Below are positions 33,845 to 43,732 of a stretch of DNA of 64,000 nucleotides, one piece after another. Under the pieces are notes generated by a model. It was given only the letters and a program-made list of their open reading frames with translations. It was not told the origin of the DNA and did not search any database. Both the position numbers and the translations under genes were made by a program. Source of the stretch: Candidatus Kapaibacterium sp. (lineage in GTDB: Bacteria; Bacteroidota; Ignavibacteria; Kapaibacteriales; Kapaibacteriaceae); contig JAURGP010000002.1 of NCBI GenBank assembly GCA_030833725.1, forward strand, positions 6,773-70,772, read 5' to 3'. Positions within the stretch are counted from its first letter, which is position 1. Every line of letters starts with the position of its first letter.

Positions 33845-35389
33845 TCATCCATTCCAGTACGGACGATCCAGGGTTCGGTAGTTCACGGCCTCGGCCATGT
33901 GCGCGGCCAGGACGGCTTCGGAACCATTGAGATCGGCGATGGTGCGTGAAACTTTGAGAATTCTCCCGTAGGCCCGCGCCGACAGCGACAACTTCTGCAT
34001 CGATCGTTTGAGGATTTCCATGGCCAGTGGTTCAGCCCGTACAAGGTTCTCCACGTCCTGAGCGGTCATGTCGGCGTTCTTGTACACATCCTTTCGCCCC
34101 GCAAATCGAACCTGTTGTTGCTTGCGAGCCGCCACGACTCGCTTGCGAATGTTCACCGATGACTCTCCAGCCGGTGCATGGGAGATGTCGTGGACAGCCA
34201 CAGCTGGAACATCTACGTGCAGGTCGATGCGGTCGAGCAGAGGTCCCGAGATTCGCGCCATGTACTTGGCCACGTGTTCAGGCTTGCATGTGCATTCACG
34301 TATGGTGCTGCCGAAGTGTCCGCATGGACACGGATTCATCGAACATACCAGCATCACATTGGCCGGATACTCCACAGACATCTTCGTCCTGGAGATGCGT
34401 ACGCACCGATCTTCAAGGGGCTGCCTCAGCACCTCTAGGACGTTGCGTTGAAACTCCGGTAACTCGTCAAGAAACAACACACCGTGATGTGCCAGAGTAA
34501 TCTCGCCGGCGCGCACCGTGCCTACGCCCCCTCCCACCAGCGCTGCATCGGAAATCGTATGATGGGGTGCGCGGAACGGACGCTCCGTCACCAGCGATGC
34601 TCCGGTAGGCAGGATACCCGCAACCGAGTGAATGGTGGTCGTTTCAAGGGCCTCATCAATCGACAGTGGCGGCAGAATCGTGGGGAGGCGCTTGGCCAGC
34701 ATGGTCTTGCCCGATCCTGGCGGGCCAACCATGATCATGTTGTGACCGCCCGCTGCAGCGATTTCCAGGGCACGCTTCACTCCGGCTTGACCCTTCACGT
34801 CGGCAAGATCTACCGATGGGTGCAAGTGGCCTTGTTCAAACACGGCCTGTACATCAATGCGATGGGGAGGCAGCGGTTGTGCGCCATTCAGGTGTTCGAT
34901 ACAGTCGCTCAGCGTGTGTACAGGTAGAATGTCGATACCCTCAATCACCGCTGCTTCCGAGGCATTGGCGGCTGGCAGGAGAATGCGTTCAAAGCCAGCG
35001 TTTTTTAGCATCACCACGATGGGCAGGACTCCACGTGCCGGTCGTACCATGCCATCGAAGGCAAGCTCCCCGATCATGGCGGTTTTCTCCAGCATGGTAG
35101 CGTCGAGTTCCTTAAGGGCTGCCTGTGTGGCTATGGCGATCGGAAGGTCGAAGGCACTCCCCTCCTTTCGGACGTCGGCAGGAGCCAGATTCACCGTGTA
35201 CTTCTTGTGCGGCAACCCCAGCTGCGCTGTCTTGAGTGCTGCCTGCACACGGTCGCGACTCTCGCGAACGGAGCCATCTGGGAGTCCTACGACCTGGAAG
35301 GCGGGCAGGGCATTCTCTACGTACACTTCGATTTCTACGAGGTAGGCAGTGATCCCCAACACGGCTGCGGAATACGCTTTGGCATACAT
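33845..35389 (-). CDS. comM: YifB/ComM Mg-chelatase-related AAA+ ATPase
   Basis: VNLAPAD..KEG..FDL, GPPGSGKT, PFRAPHH, LFLDE, NPCPCG, SGPLLDRID. Confidence 0.93.
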   Translation of the reverse strand: MYAKAYSAAVLGITAYLVEIEVYVENALPAFQVVGLPDGSVRESRDRVQAALKTAQLGLPHKKYTVNLAPADVRKEGSAFDLPIAIATQAALKELDATMLEKTAMIGELAFDGMVRPARGVLPIVVMLKNAGFERILLPAANASEAAVIEGIDILPVHTLSDCIEHLNGAQPLPPHRIDVQAVFEQGHLHPSVDLADVKGQAGVKRALEIAAAGGHNMIMVGPPGSGKTMLAKRLPTILPPLSIDEALETTTIHSVAGILPTGASLVTERPFRAPHHTISDAALVGGGVGTVRAGEITLAHHGVLFLDELPEFQRNVLEVLRQPLEDRCVRISRTKMSVEYPANVMLVCSMNPCPCGHFGSTIRECTCKPEHVAKYMARISGPLLDRIDLHVDVPAVAVHDISHAPAGESSVNIRKRVVAARKQQQVRFAGRKDVYKNADMTAQDVENLVRAEPLAMEILKRSMQKLSLSARAYGRILKVSRTIADLNGSEAVLAAHMAEAVNYRTLDRPYWNG

Positions 35390-35450
35390 GCGATATCTCC
35401 AGTGGTTATCGCTACCGTGATGTGCCGTCGGAGAAATGGGACGTAGGTCG

Positions 35451-35458
35451 TATTTTTG
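35451..35458 (+). promoter_or_regulatory. TAnnTTTG promoter element (TATTTTTG)
   Basis: 6 nt upstream of ATG 35465. Confidence 0.5.
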
Positions 35459-35464
35459 CCCGCA

Positions 35465-36111
35465 ATGGCTATTCAACGAGCACCAAAAAAAGTAAAGTGG
35501 TATGTGGTCTGGATTGGCCACGAGCCAGGTTTGTACCCATCATGGGAAAAGTGCAAAGCTCAGGTAGAAAACTACCCGGGCTCGAAGTACAAGGCCTTTG
35601 ACACCCTCGCCGAGGCAAAGGCGGCCTACGAGCAGGGTCCACCTGCGCGCGCAGCAAAAAAAAAGAGCAGCTGATACCCATCTCCCAGCGCTGGGTTGAG
35701 GCCGGCGTACAGCTGCCCAGCATCAGCGTGGATGCGGCCTGCGACATGACAACCGGCGTCATGGAGTACCGTGGCGTAGATACCGAGACCGCTGCGGAAA
35801 TCTTTCGGATGGGTCCATTTCAAGACTCCTCAAACAATCTGGGAGAGTTCTTGGCTGTAGTGCACGCACTGGCCTTTATGAAGGAGCGATCGATGGCACT
35901 TCCTGTGTACACCGATTCGAAGACTGCTCTTGCCTGGGTGCGCAATAAGAAGGCCAAGACTACCGTTCAGCGAACGTCGGGCAACGCTCCCGTGTTTGAG
36001 TTGATTGCCCGAGCAGAAACGTGGCTTCGCAACAACACCTATCCGAATCTCGTTCTGAAATGGGAAACCGAGCAATGGGGCGAGGTTCCTGCTGACTTTG
36101 GGCGGAAGTAA
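35465..36111 (+). CDS. rnhA: Ribonuclease HI with N-terminal hybrid-binding (viroplasmin-like) domain, split by a -1 frameshift at A9 (35656-35664)
   Basis: Frame 0: KWYVVWIGHEPGLY.SW..C..QV..Y...KYK (HBD) to TGA 35674. The -1 frame continues KKKEQLIP...SISVDAAC...EYRGV...NNLGEFLA...YTDS...W.T..WGE.PADFGRK. Confidence 0.88.
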
Positions 36112-36137
36112 CACACGACGGATATCACAGGAACATC

Positions 36138-36593
36138 ATGACCATACCTCTACAGAGACTTCCACACGCAGGTACACTTCCCGTTCCATCCTATGCCACC
36201 GGAGGTGCCGCCGGCATGGATGTGTGCGCAGCACTGGACCAGCCCCTTACCATCGCACCATCGCAGATCGTGCTGGTACCTACGGGCTTCTGTATGGCCG
36301 TGCCGGTTGGGTTTGAGTGTCAGGTGCGATCGCGGAGCGGATTGGCAGCCAAACACGGGATCTTCGCGTTGAATGCTCCCGGCACAATCGACAGCGACTA
36401 TCGTGGCGAAGTGAAGGTGATCCTTGCCAACTTTTCCGGCGATCCGTTCGTTATCGAGCCCGGAATGAGAATCGCTCAACTTGTAGTGGCTCAGCATGCA
36501 ACTGTGCAGTGGGAGGAAGTAAGCGAGTTAGGTGGTACAGAGCGAGGATCCGGAGGATTTGGAAGTACTGGTACAAACGGAGGAACTCCATGA
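36138..36593 (+). CDS. dut: dUTP diphosphatase
   Basis: AGMD, RSGLA, GTIDSDYRGE, RIAQLV, RGSGGFGSTG. Confidence 0.96.
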   Translation: MTIPLQRLPHAGTLPVPSYATGGAAGMDVCAALDQPLTIAPSQIVLVPTGFCMAVPVGFECQVRSRSGLAAKHGIFALNAPGTIDSDYRGEVKVILANFSGDPFVIEPGMRIAQLVVAQHATVQWEEVSELGGTERGSGGFGSTGTNGGTP

Positions 36594-37033
36594 TCATCAG
36601 CATTGGTTCGGATCATGCTGGCTTTCTGCACAAGGAGGCCCTAAAGCACATGTTGGAAGATGCTGGCCATACCGTGATAGATGTAGGACCCGATACCGAC
36701 GATCGCGTGGACTATCCGGACTATGGTGTAGCAGCTGCGCAGCTGGTTGCCAACGGCCAAGCCCAACGCGGTGTAGTGGTGTGTGGATCAGGTATTGGCA
36801 TCTCCATCGCTGCGAACAAGGTTCACGGCATTCGGTGCGCCAACGTCACCAGCGTAGAGATGGCGCAGTTAGCGCGCGCCCATAACGATGCAAACATGAT
36901 TGCTCTGGGCGAGCGGCTCACTCCTATCGACGTGGCAAAAAACATCGTACAGGCCTTCCTGGACACGCCGTTCGAAGGTGGACGGCATGCCCAACGTGTG
37001 GACAAGCTGAATCAACTGGGAGGACGATCATGA
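36590..37033 (+). CDS. rpiB: Ribose-5-phosphate isomerase B
   Basis: IGSDHAG, VDYPD, CGSGIG...ANK, HNDAN, FEGGRH. Confidence 0.95.
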   Translation: MIISIGSDHAGFLHKEALKHMLEDAGHTVIDVGPDTDDRVDYPDYGVAAAQLVANGQAQRGVVVCGSGIGISIAANKVHGIRCANVTSVEMAQLARAHNDANMIALGERLTPIDVAKNIVQAFLDTPFEGGRHAQRVDKLNQLGGRS

Positions 37034-37761
37034 AATGCGATGTGCTGGTGATCTCTGCCCACCCCGATGACGCCGAACTGTCGTGCTCTGGCACCGTAAA
37101 GGACCTTACCAACCGTGGGCAGTCGGTAGTGTTTGTGGACTGTACTGCTGGTGAGTTGGGCACACGTGGGTCCGCGGAACTACGCGCCCAGGAAGCAGCA
37201 GAGGCCGCGCGGATCCTGGGTGTTGCGCATCGCGAGTGTCTACACATGACTGATGGTGCCGTTGCGCACACGCAGGAAAACGTCCTGAAGATTGTCGAGG
37301 TGCTTCGTGCCTACACTCCTCGCATTGTACTGACAACACCTCCCCTGGAGCGTCATCCCGATCATGAAGCTGTGCACCGGCTGGTGCGAGCGGCAACGTT
37401 TCTCTCTGGCCTGCAAAAGGTTGCTACGCGCAGGCATGGTGTTCCCCAGGAGCCACACCGTCCGGATCGCACGTTATGCTTCATGCAGCAGTTCGATCTG
37501 CCGGGAGGGCCGGATTTCTACGTAGACATTACATCAACGTATCCCGACCGTCTGGCATCAATCAAGGCCTTTGCCTCGCAGTTTCACATGCCGGAAACCT
37601 ATCAAGCTGACGAACCTGAAACGTTCCTGTCGCGTCCGGCCTTCTTCGAGGAGCTCGAAGCACGGTGTCTGTACTTTGGAAGTCGTATCGGTGTGCGATA
37701 TGCCGAAGCATTCAAGAGTGTAGAGCCGCTAGGGCTGCGTTCCCTCGCTGACCTGTTGTAG
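37030..37761 (+). CDS. bshB1: Bacillithiol biosynthesis deacetylase BshB1-like (PIG-L)
   Basis: AHPDDAELSCSGT, GELGTRG, RHPDH, G.RIGVRYAEAF. Confidence 0.82.
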   Translation: MKCDVLVISAHPDDAELSCSGTVKDLTNRGQSVVFVDCTAGELGTRGSAELRAQEAAEAARILGVAHRECLHMTDGAVAHTQENVLKIVEVLRAYTPRIVLTTPPLERHPDHEAVHRLVRAATFLSGLQKVATRRHGVPQEPHRPDRTLCFMQQFDLPGGPDFYVDITSTYPDRLASIKAFASQFHMPETYQADEPETFLSRPAFFEELEARCLYFGSRIGVRYAEAFKSVEPLGLRSLADLL

Positions 37762-38205
37762 ACGTCCGTTCAAGGCCTGCTTGTGGCCGTCCTTCGCTCG
37801 TTGAACATCTGCAGCGGTAAAGGAGCGGTCCACTCCCCCGAGATACTTGCTGATGTACGTAGCAACTGCTGCCAGGTCGGCATTGCTGTAGGGGGCTGGA
37901 GGCATGGTGCGCACAACGCTGTCGGCGGAGTACTGGGTGGCCATGCCGAAGGCCAGAATCACCAGTAGGGTGTCCGAAGTGTCACTCCAGATAGCTCTCG
38001 GCCGAATGTCGGGCACGGCAGATGCACCGACTCCTCCACCGGCACCATCCTCTCCATGACATCGTACACAGTATTCGGCATAGACCTGCGCTCCGCGAGC
38101 GTGTGGTTCAGACTGGTCTTCCAGTGTGCAGCTGGTAGCAAGTGTTGTTAGCAGGGTAAACGCCATCACAACAAGAGCATTCGACCATACTCTTTGCTGA
38201 ATCAT
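37729..38205 (-). CDS. Monoheme cytochrome c lipoprotein
   Basis: Lipobox ATSC; CVRCH; distal Met in TMPP. Confidence 0.78.
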   Translation of the reverse strand: MIQQRVWSNALVVMAFTLLTTLATSCTLEDQSEPHARGAQVYAEYCVRCHGEDGAGGGVGASAVPDIRPRAIWSDTSDTLLVILAFGMATQYSADSVVRTMPPAPYSNADLAAVATYISKYLGGVDRSFTAADVQRAKDGHKQALNGRLQQVSEGTQP

Positions 38206-38241
38206 ACCTGCAACATCGTGATTTTAGTCGATTTTTGACCC

Positions 38242-39111
38242 ATGAATCGCCTTGATCCCTCGGTCTACCACGTACCTGTGATGCTTGCAGAGTGCATTGA
38301 TGCACTGCAGGTTCAGCCCAATTGCTGGTACGTAGACGCTACGCTTGGTGGTGGCGGACATACAGCAGCCATCCTTGAGCGAGGCGGCAAGGTGATTGCC
38401 TTTGATGCCGATGATGTTGCCGTCCACCGGGCACAGGACCGATTTGCCGAGCAGTTGGGCACGTCGCTCGTGATGATGCACACCAACTTCCGAACCATGG
38501 CCTCACGGCTGGAGGGCTACGTAGTACATGGGGCCTTGTTCGATCTTGGAGTGTCGTCGTATCAGTTCGACTACCACAACCGTGGTTTCTCGTTTCGCCT
38601 TGAGGCTCCGCTGGATATGCGGTTTAGCGCTACCGGACCCACGGCAGCCGACCTGCTGAATAGCCTTCCCGAAGAGGAGATCGCTAGGTTGATCTTCATG
38701 TATGGAGAGGATCCATCGGCCCGAAAGATTGCTGCAGCGATCGTGCGCCGACGTACCCTAGCCCCCTACCAGACAACGATCGACCTGCGCGAGACCATTA
38801 CCCAACACATCCCCCCACAACACCACAACAAGACCCTCGCACGGGTGTTTCAGGCCTTGCGCATCGCGGTGAACGACGAACTCGGAGCCCTCCAGACGGC
38901 CCTGGTAGATGTGATTCCATACATGGTGAAGGGGGCTCACATTGTGGTGATGAGCTACCACTCGCTCGAGGACCGGATTGTAAAAGACACGTTTCGCGAT
39001 ACCACGCAGCTGACGGTGATCACGAAGAAACCGATTGAAGCATCCGAGCAGGAGGTGGAGCGTAATCCACGAGCTCGGAGTGCACGGTTGCGCGTGGCAG
39101 AGGTGCGGTAG
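38242..39111 (+). CDS. rsmH: 16S rRNA m4C1402 methyltransferase
   Basis: HVPVM, DATLGGGGH, DLGVSS, PLDMR, FQALRIAVN.E, SYHSLEDRIVK, NPRARSA. Confidence 0.96.
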   Translation: MNRLDPSVYHVPVMLAECIDALQVQPNCWYVDATLGGGGHTAAILERGGKVIAFDADDVAVHRAQDRFAEQLGTSLVMMHTNFRTMASRLEGYVVHGALFDLGVSSYQFDYHNRGFSFRLEAPLDMRFSATGPTAADLLNSLPEEEIARLIFMYGEDPSARKIAAAIVRRRTLAPYQTTIDLRETITQHIPPQHHNKTLARVFQALRIAVNDELGALQTALVDVIPYMVKGAHIVVMSYHSLEDRIVKDTFRDTTQLTVITKKPIEASEQEVERNPRARSARLRVAEVR

Positions 39112-39116
39112 GTCAG

Positions 39117-39124
39117 TATCTTCG
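39117..39124 (+). promoter_or_regulatory. Bacteroidota-type -7 element (TATCTTCG)
   Basis: 7 nt upstream of the murF ATG. Confidence 0.45.
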
Positions 39125-39131
39125 CCCCTGC

Positions 39132-40508
39132 ATGAAAAACACCGCATCGTTCACCCGTGCCGATCTTGTAGCAGCGCTTGGCCCAGCGGCTGAACATCTC
39201 TCTGCTGCGCTCTCTGTAACAGGCGTCAGCACCGACACACGGTTGATTGAACCGGGCAATGTGTTCGTTGCACTGATCGGTGAGAAGTTCGACGGCCACG
39301 ATCATGTCAACGATGCATTTGCCAAGGGCGCAGCGTTGGCCATTGTTCAGCATCCGCTGTCGCACCACTCCGATCGCATCATTGTTGTAGACAGCACCTT
39401 GCATGCACTGGGCTCGCTAGCCTGGTATCACCGGAGACGATTTCACATCCCTGTGGTAGCTATTGGTGGGGCTTCCGGTAAGACGTCCACCAAGGAGCTC
39501 ACGGCCCATGTGCTAAGCCAGCGCTACCATACACTGCGGACCCAAGCCAACTACAACAACCAGGTGGGTACGCCCCTTACACTCTTGTCCCTCACCAACG
39601 AGCACGAAGCCGCCGTGATCGAGATCGGGACGAATGAACCTGGCGAGATTGAACTCCTTGCAGCCATGGTGCAGCCTACGCACGGCGTAATCACCACGAT
39701 CGGTCCGGAGCATCTTGAGAAACTGATCGACCTCGACGGTGTGGAGAAGGAGGAAACAGCCCTCTTCGATTACCTGCAGGACCACGGTGGTGTCATGTTG
39801 GTGAACGTGGATGACGACCGACTCCGTGCCTACGATCACGCTGGTAGAATGGCTGGTAGGGTGATCACCTTCGGGCTTGAGTATCCAGCGGATCTCCGAC
39901 CCACGGTGAGTTTCGACCGTAACCTGCACCCTACGATGCACCTAGTGAAGGACGATATCACGTTTCGGGCACCGATGCAGACGGTCGGACTGGCCTCGGC
40001 ACTGAACGCAACAGCTGCCATCGCTGTGGGGTGGTCGATGCAGCTCTCCGCAGAAGAAATGAAGCTTGGATTGGAGTCGTATCAACCACCGGCAGCTCAT
40101 GGCTATGCGCGGATGGTGGTGGAACACACATCGGCGGCCACCGTGCTCAATGATACCTACAATGCCAATCCACAGTCGATGCTGATTGCGCTCCAAACCC
40201 TGGCACGCTATCCAGCTACGCGACGACTTGCGGTGCTCGGCGATATGCGAGAATTAGGTGCTGCTGCCGACACTGAACACGACACATTGTTGGCAGAGGC
40301 CGTCACGTATGCAGATCTGGTGATGGTGATGGGAGAAGACTGTGTGGCTGCTGCGCAGCGCCTAAATCATCCCCACGTGCTGGTGTGCGACTCGCATCGA
40401 CTGTGTGCCGACTTCGTCCGCGAGAACTCCTGCGATGGCTGTGTGGTGTTGGTGAAGGGGTCGCGCGGAATGCGCATGGAACAGGTTATTCACGAACTAC
40501 GATCCTAA
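39132..40508 (+). CDS. murF: UDP-MurNAc-tripeptide--D-Ala-D-Ala ligase
   Basis: STDTR, FDGH, SGKTSTKE, NYNNQVG.P, DTYNANP.SM, LGDMRELG, KGSRG. Confidence 0.95.
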   Translation: MKNTASFTRADLVAALGPAAEHLSAALSVTGVSTDTRLIEPGNVFVALIGEKFDGHDHVNDAFAKGAALAIVQHPLSHHSDRIIVVDSTLHALGSLAWYHRRRFHIPVVAIGGASGKTSTKELTAHVLSQRYHTLRTQANYNNQVGTPLTLLSLTNEHEAAVIEIGTNEPGEIELLAAMVQPTHGVITTIGPEHLEKLIDLDGVEKEETALFDYLQDHGGVMLVNVDDDRLRAYDHAGRMAGRVITFGLEYPADLRPTVSFDRNLHPTMHLVKDDITFRAPMQTVGLASALNATAAIAVGWSMQLSAEEMKLGLESYQPPAAHGYARMVVEHTSAATVLNDTYNANPQSMLIALQTLARYPATRRLAVLGDMRELGAAADTEHDTLLAEAVTYADLVMVMGEDCVAAAQRLNHPHVLVCDSHRLCADFVRENSCDGCVVLVKGSRGMRMEQVIHELRS

Positions 40509-40520
40509 CGGGGTAGAGGG

Positions 40521-41651
40521 ATGTTCTATCAACTTGCGCTCTGGCTTCGATCGGCGATCGATGTGCCAGGCATCAATCTGTTCCAGTACGTTACGTTTCG
40601 GGCGGCGGCGGCAGCAGTGTTTGCACTGCTGATTTCCGTGCTGGTTGGTCCGCGCATCATCGCCGCGCTTCGACGCATGCAGATCGGCGAGCAAGCCAAG
40701 AGTGAGCTACAGAGTGTTGGCCAACATGCCTCCAAGGCTGGAACCCCTACGATGGGTGGCCTGATTGTTCTGGCGGCAGTGTTGATTCCCACGTTGTTGT
40801 GGGGAAATGTGTTGAACATGTACGTGGTGGCTGCCGTAGTAACCACTGCCCTGTTAGGTGCCGTTGGTTTTCTGGATGACTACCTAAAGGTGGTCAAGAA
40901 GTATCCCAACGGATTGATTGGCAAGTACAAGATCGTAGGTCAGGTCACCACCGGACTCTTGGTAGGATGTTCGTTGTACTTCGCTCCCGAGTGGTACGAC
41001 GCTGATCTGGCTTCTGTTACCACACTCACAACTGTGCCGTTCGAAAAGCTGGTCAACTTCGATTTTGGTGTGTTGTACATTCCGTTGGTGATCTTCATCA
41101 TCACGGCTACGTCGAATGCCGTAAACCTGACGGATGGTTTGGACGGCCTTTGTATAGGCACGGTGGGGATCAGCGCTCTTACCCTTGCCGTGATTGCATA
41201 CTTCTCAGGCAATGCGTTCTTTGCCGACTACCTGAACATCATGCACCTGCATGGCACCGCTGAACTCACCATCTTTGCGGCAGCGATAGTTGGTGCAGCT
41301 CTGGGTTTCCTGTGGTACAATGCCTATCCGGCTCAGGTGTTCATGGGAGATACAGGGTCCCTGGCTCTGGGTGGTGCACTTGGTGTACTTACCGTGCTCA
41401 TCAAGAAGGAATTCTTACTTCCAATCGTGGGCGGAGTGTTCTTCGCCGAAACAGTGTCCGTGATTCTACAGGTGTTGTGGTTCAAGTACACGCGGAAACG
41501 TTTTGGGGAGGGACGGCGGTTGTTGAAGATGGCGCCTCTTCACCATCATTTCGAGAAGAGTGGCTGGCACGAGTCCAAGATTGTCACCAGATTCTACATC
41601 GTAGCGATTCTTCTGGCCATTATTACGATGGCGTCGTTCAAGGTTAGATAA
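40521..41651 (+). CDS. mraY: Phospho-N-acetylmuramoyl-pentapeptide transferase
   Basis: KAGTPTMGG, GFLDD, SNAVNLTDGLDG, FMGDTGS, MAPLHHHFE. Confidence 0.97.
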   Translation: MFYQLALWLRSAIDVPGINLFQYVTFRAAAAAVFALLISVLVGPRIIAALRRMQIGEQAKSELQSVGQHASKAGTPTMGGLIVLAAVLIPTLLWGNVLNMYVVAAVVTTALLGAVGFLDDYLKVVKKYPNGLIGKYKIVGQVTTGLLVGCSLYFAPEWYDADLASVTTLTTVPFEKLVNFDFGVLYIPLVIFIITATSNAVNLTDGLDGLCIGTVGISALTLAVIAYFSGNAFFADYLNIMHLHGTAELTIFAAAIVGAALGFLWYNAYPAQVFMGDTGSLALGGALGVLTVLIKKEFLLPIVGGVFFAETVSVILQVLWFKYTRKRFGEGRRLLKMAPLHHHFEKSGWHESKIVTRFYIVAILLAIITMASFKVR

Positions 41652-41684
41652 TGTGAAATAGCGAGAGAAAGCGTGAGGAACCAC

Positions 41685-42380
41685 ATGAACGTTGGCCTGA
41701 TTCTTCCTGCCGCTGGTAAGGGGCTTCGGTTTGGTGGCTCCCTGCCAAAACAGTATCAGCTACTGTGCGGCGAGCCGATCATCGTGCACACACTGCGCAC
41801 CTGCTTGCGCGTTCCGATGGTCACCGCGATTGTGGTGGCCCTTCATCCAGATGATGCACTGTTCAGTCGTGCGTTAGAAGAAGCCGGAATCCACGATCCG
41901 CGCATTGTTGTTGTAGAAGGTGATGCCGAACGTCAACTCTCGATTCAGACAGCCCTAGCTCATACATCGCTGGATTCCACGGATATCGTTGTTGTGCATG
42001 ATGCGGTGCGCCCACTAGCAAGTGGAAGCTTGTTTGAGCGGGTGATCACCACAGCTGCCCAGACTGGTGCTGCCATTCCTGTGGTGGCTGTTACCGACAC
42101 GGTAAAACGGGTCGATAGCAACGGTTGCGTGGTGGAGACGGTTTCGCGTGCTGATCTTCGGTTGGTACAGACTCCTCAGGCGTTTTCAACAACCATACTA
42201 CGTGATGCATACAACACAGCCATGGGTACGGAGTTCTTGGGTACCGATGATGCTTCCGTGGTGGAGCATGATGGTGTGGTGGTGCACACGGTAGATGGTG
42301 AGCCGTGGAACGTAAAGGTTACGACAGTTTCGGATCTTGCTTCTGCAGAGGTATTTATGTCGAGGCGTTCATATGAGTAG
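41685..42380 (+). CDS. ispD: 2-C-methyl-D-erythritol 4-phosphate cytidylyltransferase
   Basis: PAAGKG.RF...PKQY, VHDAVRP, QTPQ, TDDAS, NVKVT. Confidence 0.93.
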   Translation: MNVGLILPAAGKGLRFGGSLPKQYQLLCGEPIIVHTLRTCLRVPMVTAIVVALHPDDALFSRALEEAGIHDPRIVVVEGDAERQLSIQTALAHTSLDSTDIVVVHDAVRPLASGSLFERVITTAAQTGAAIPVVAVTDTVKRVDSNGCVVETVSRADLRLVQTPQAFSTTILRDAYNTAMGTEFLGTDDASVVEHDGVVVHTVDGEPWNVKVTTVSDLASAEVFMSRRSYE

Positions 42381-43362
42381 AGCTCTTCCTTACTATGGAG
42401 CACTCACCATGCCAATACTGGTGATGCTTGGATTGCTGTTGGGTGGTTGGTGGTGGTACTCAATGTTAGTGGTACCGTTTGTTGTTGTTCCCATCATCGA
42501 TCATCTAGTGGGACCAGACACCCGTCAACCCGATCGCTCAGAGTTGAAAGACTTGGAATCCCAGATCTCGTATCGGATGGTGCTCTACATCTATGCAGCA
42601 CTCCAGTGTGGGTTGTTGGTGTGGGCCATGCTGCAGTGGCCAGAACTTCAAGGGTGGGAACGTTGGGCCTGTACAATTGTGATGGGAGTGATGACAGGTG
42701 GCCTTGGCATTACCATCGCTCACGAGCTTGTCCACCGCTCTTCTTGGGTGGAGCGTGCACTGGGGTACGGTTTACTGTGTTCGGTGTGGTATGGTCATTT
42801 TGGTGTGGAGCATGTGCGTGGACACCACAAGAATGTTGGTTTACGGATCGACCCTGCAACGGCTCGTCGAGGAGAGCATGCCTATGCCTTTGTTGTTCGA
42901 TCCCTCGTCATGGGCTTTGTGGATGCCTTCCGCATCGAGCCGCGCCTTGTTGCGGGTTTGACAGTTGTTCAGGCAGGATGGACGGTTCTTGCTGTTGTCC
43001 TTGTGGGTGATCTGTCGGTACTGTGGTTTGTCCTTGGTCAGTCGGCAGTGGCCGTACTTCTGCTGGAGCTGGTAAACTACGTAGAGCACTATGGCTTGGT
43101 GCGACAAGAAGTCGCTCCTGGTGTGATGGCAAAGTTCTCGGCCCAGCATGCGTGGGAGAGCCGCTATCCGGCGTCGAACTACCTGTTGTTCAAGCTGCAA
43201 CGCCATGCCGACCACCACATGCATCCGCAGCGCCGATACCAGACGCTCCGTGTGCACGAGGACAGTCCACAGCTACCATCTGGCTACCCCATGATGGTTC
43301 TTCTTGCCCTTGTTCCCTCCTTGTGGTTTCGCGCAATCGATCGTCGGATTCCGGCGATGTAA
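42373..43362 (+). CDS. alkB: Alkane 1-monooxygenase (AlkB-family membrane di-iron hydroxylase)
   Basis: HELVH, EHVRGHH, NYVEHYG, LQRHADHH, SPQLPSGY. Confidence 0.88.
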   Translation: MSRALPYYGALTMPILVMLGLLLGGWWWYSMLVVPFVVVPIIDHLVGPDTRQPDRSELKDLESQISYRMVLYIYAALQCGLLVWAMLQWPELQGWERWACTIVMGVMTGGLGITIAHELVHRSSWVERALGYGLLCSVWYGHFGVEHVRGHHKNVGLRIDPATARRGEHAYAFVVRSLVMGFVDAFRIEPRLVAGLTVVQAGWTVLAVVLVGDLSVLWFVLGQSAVAVLLLELVNYVEHYGLVRQEVAPGVMAKFSAQHAWESRYPASNYLLFKLQRHADHHMHPQRRYQTLRVHEDSPQLPSGYPMMVLLALVPSLWFRAIDRRIPAM

Positions 43363-43457
43363 CCTGTGAATCTTGGCACTGTTCTTGCGATTGTGTGATT
43401 GCGCGTATATTCGCGCCCACCCCACCCAGACATATACCGTTACGTAGAGGTTCGATC

Positions 43458-43694
43458 ATGTTTTGGACACCAGAACTAGCAGCTTGGCTTGAAGATGCAC
43501 CGTGGCCTGCCACCAAGGACGAGCTGATCGATTATGCTGATCGTACCGGAGCCCCTTTACAGGTGATTGATAACCTGAAAGAACTCGATGATCCAGAGGA
43601 TCCGTCCTACGAGAGCATCGAGGACCTCTGGCCAGAGTACGAGAGTGCATCAGACGACTTCCTCTTCAATGAGGATGACGATAACGAGTATTGA
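43458..43694 (+). CDS. DUF2795-family protein
   Basis: MFWT.ELA..LEDAPWPATKDELIDYA.RTGAP; acidic tail. Confidence 0.9.
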   Translation: MFWTPELAAWLEDAPWPATKDELIDYADRTGAPLQVIDNLKELDDPEDPSYESIEDLWPEYESASDDFLFNEDDDNEY

Positions 43695-43721
43695 TCCGCC
43701 TCTGAAGCAGGTGTGTATAGG

Positions 43722-43729
43722 TATCTTTG
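43722..43729 (+). promoter_or_regulatory. TAnnTTTG promoter element (TATCTTTG)
   Basis: 3 nt upstream of the in-frame GTG at 43733. Confidence 0.45.
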
Positions 43730-43732
43730 GCT

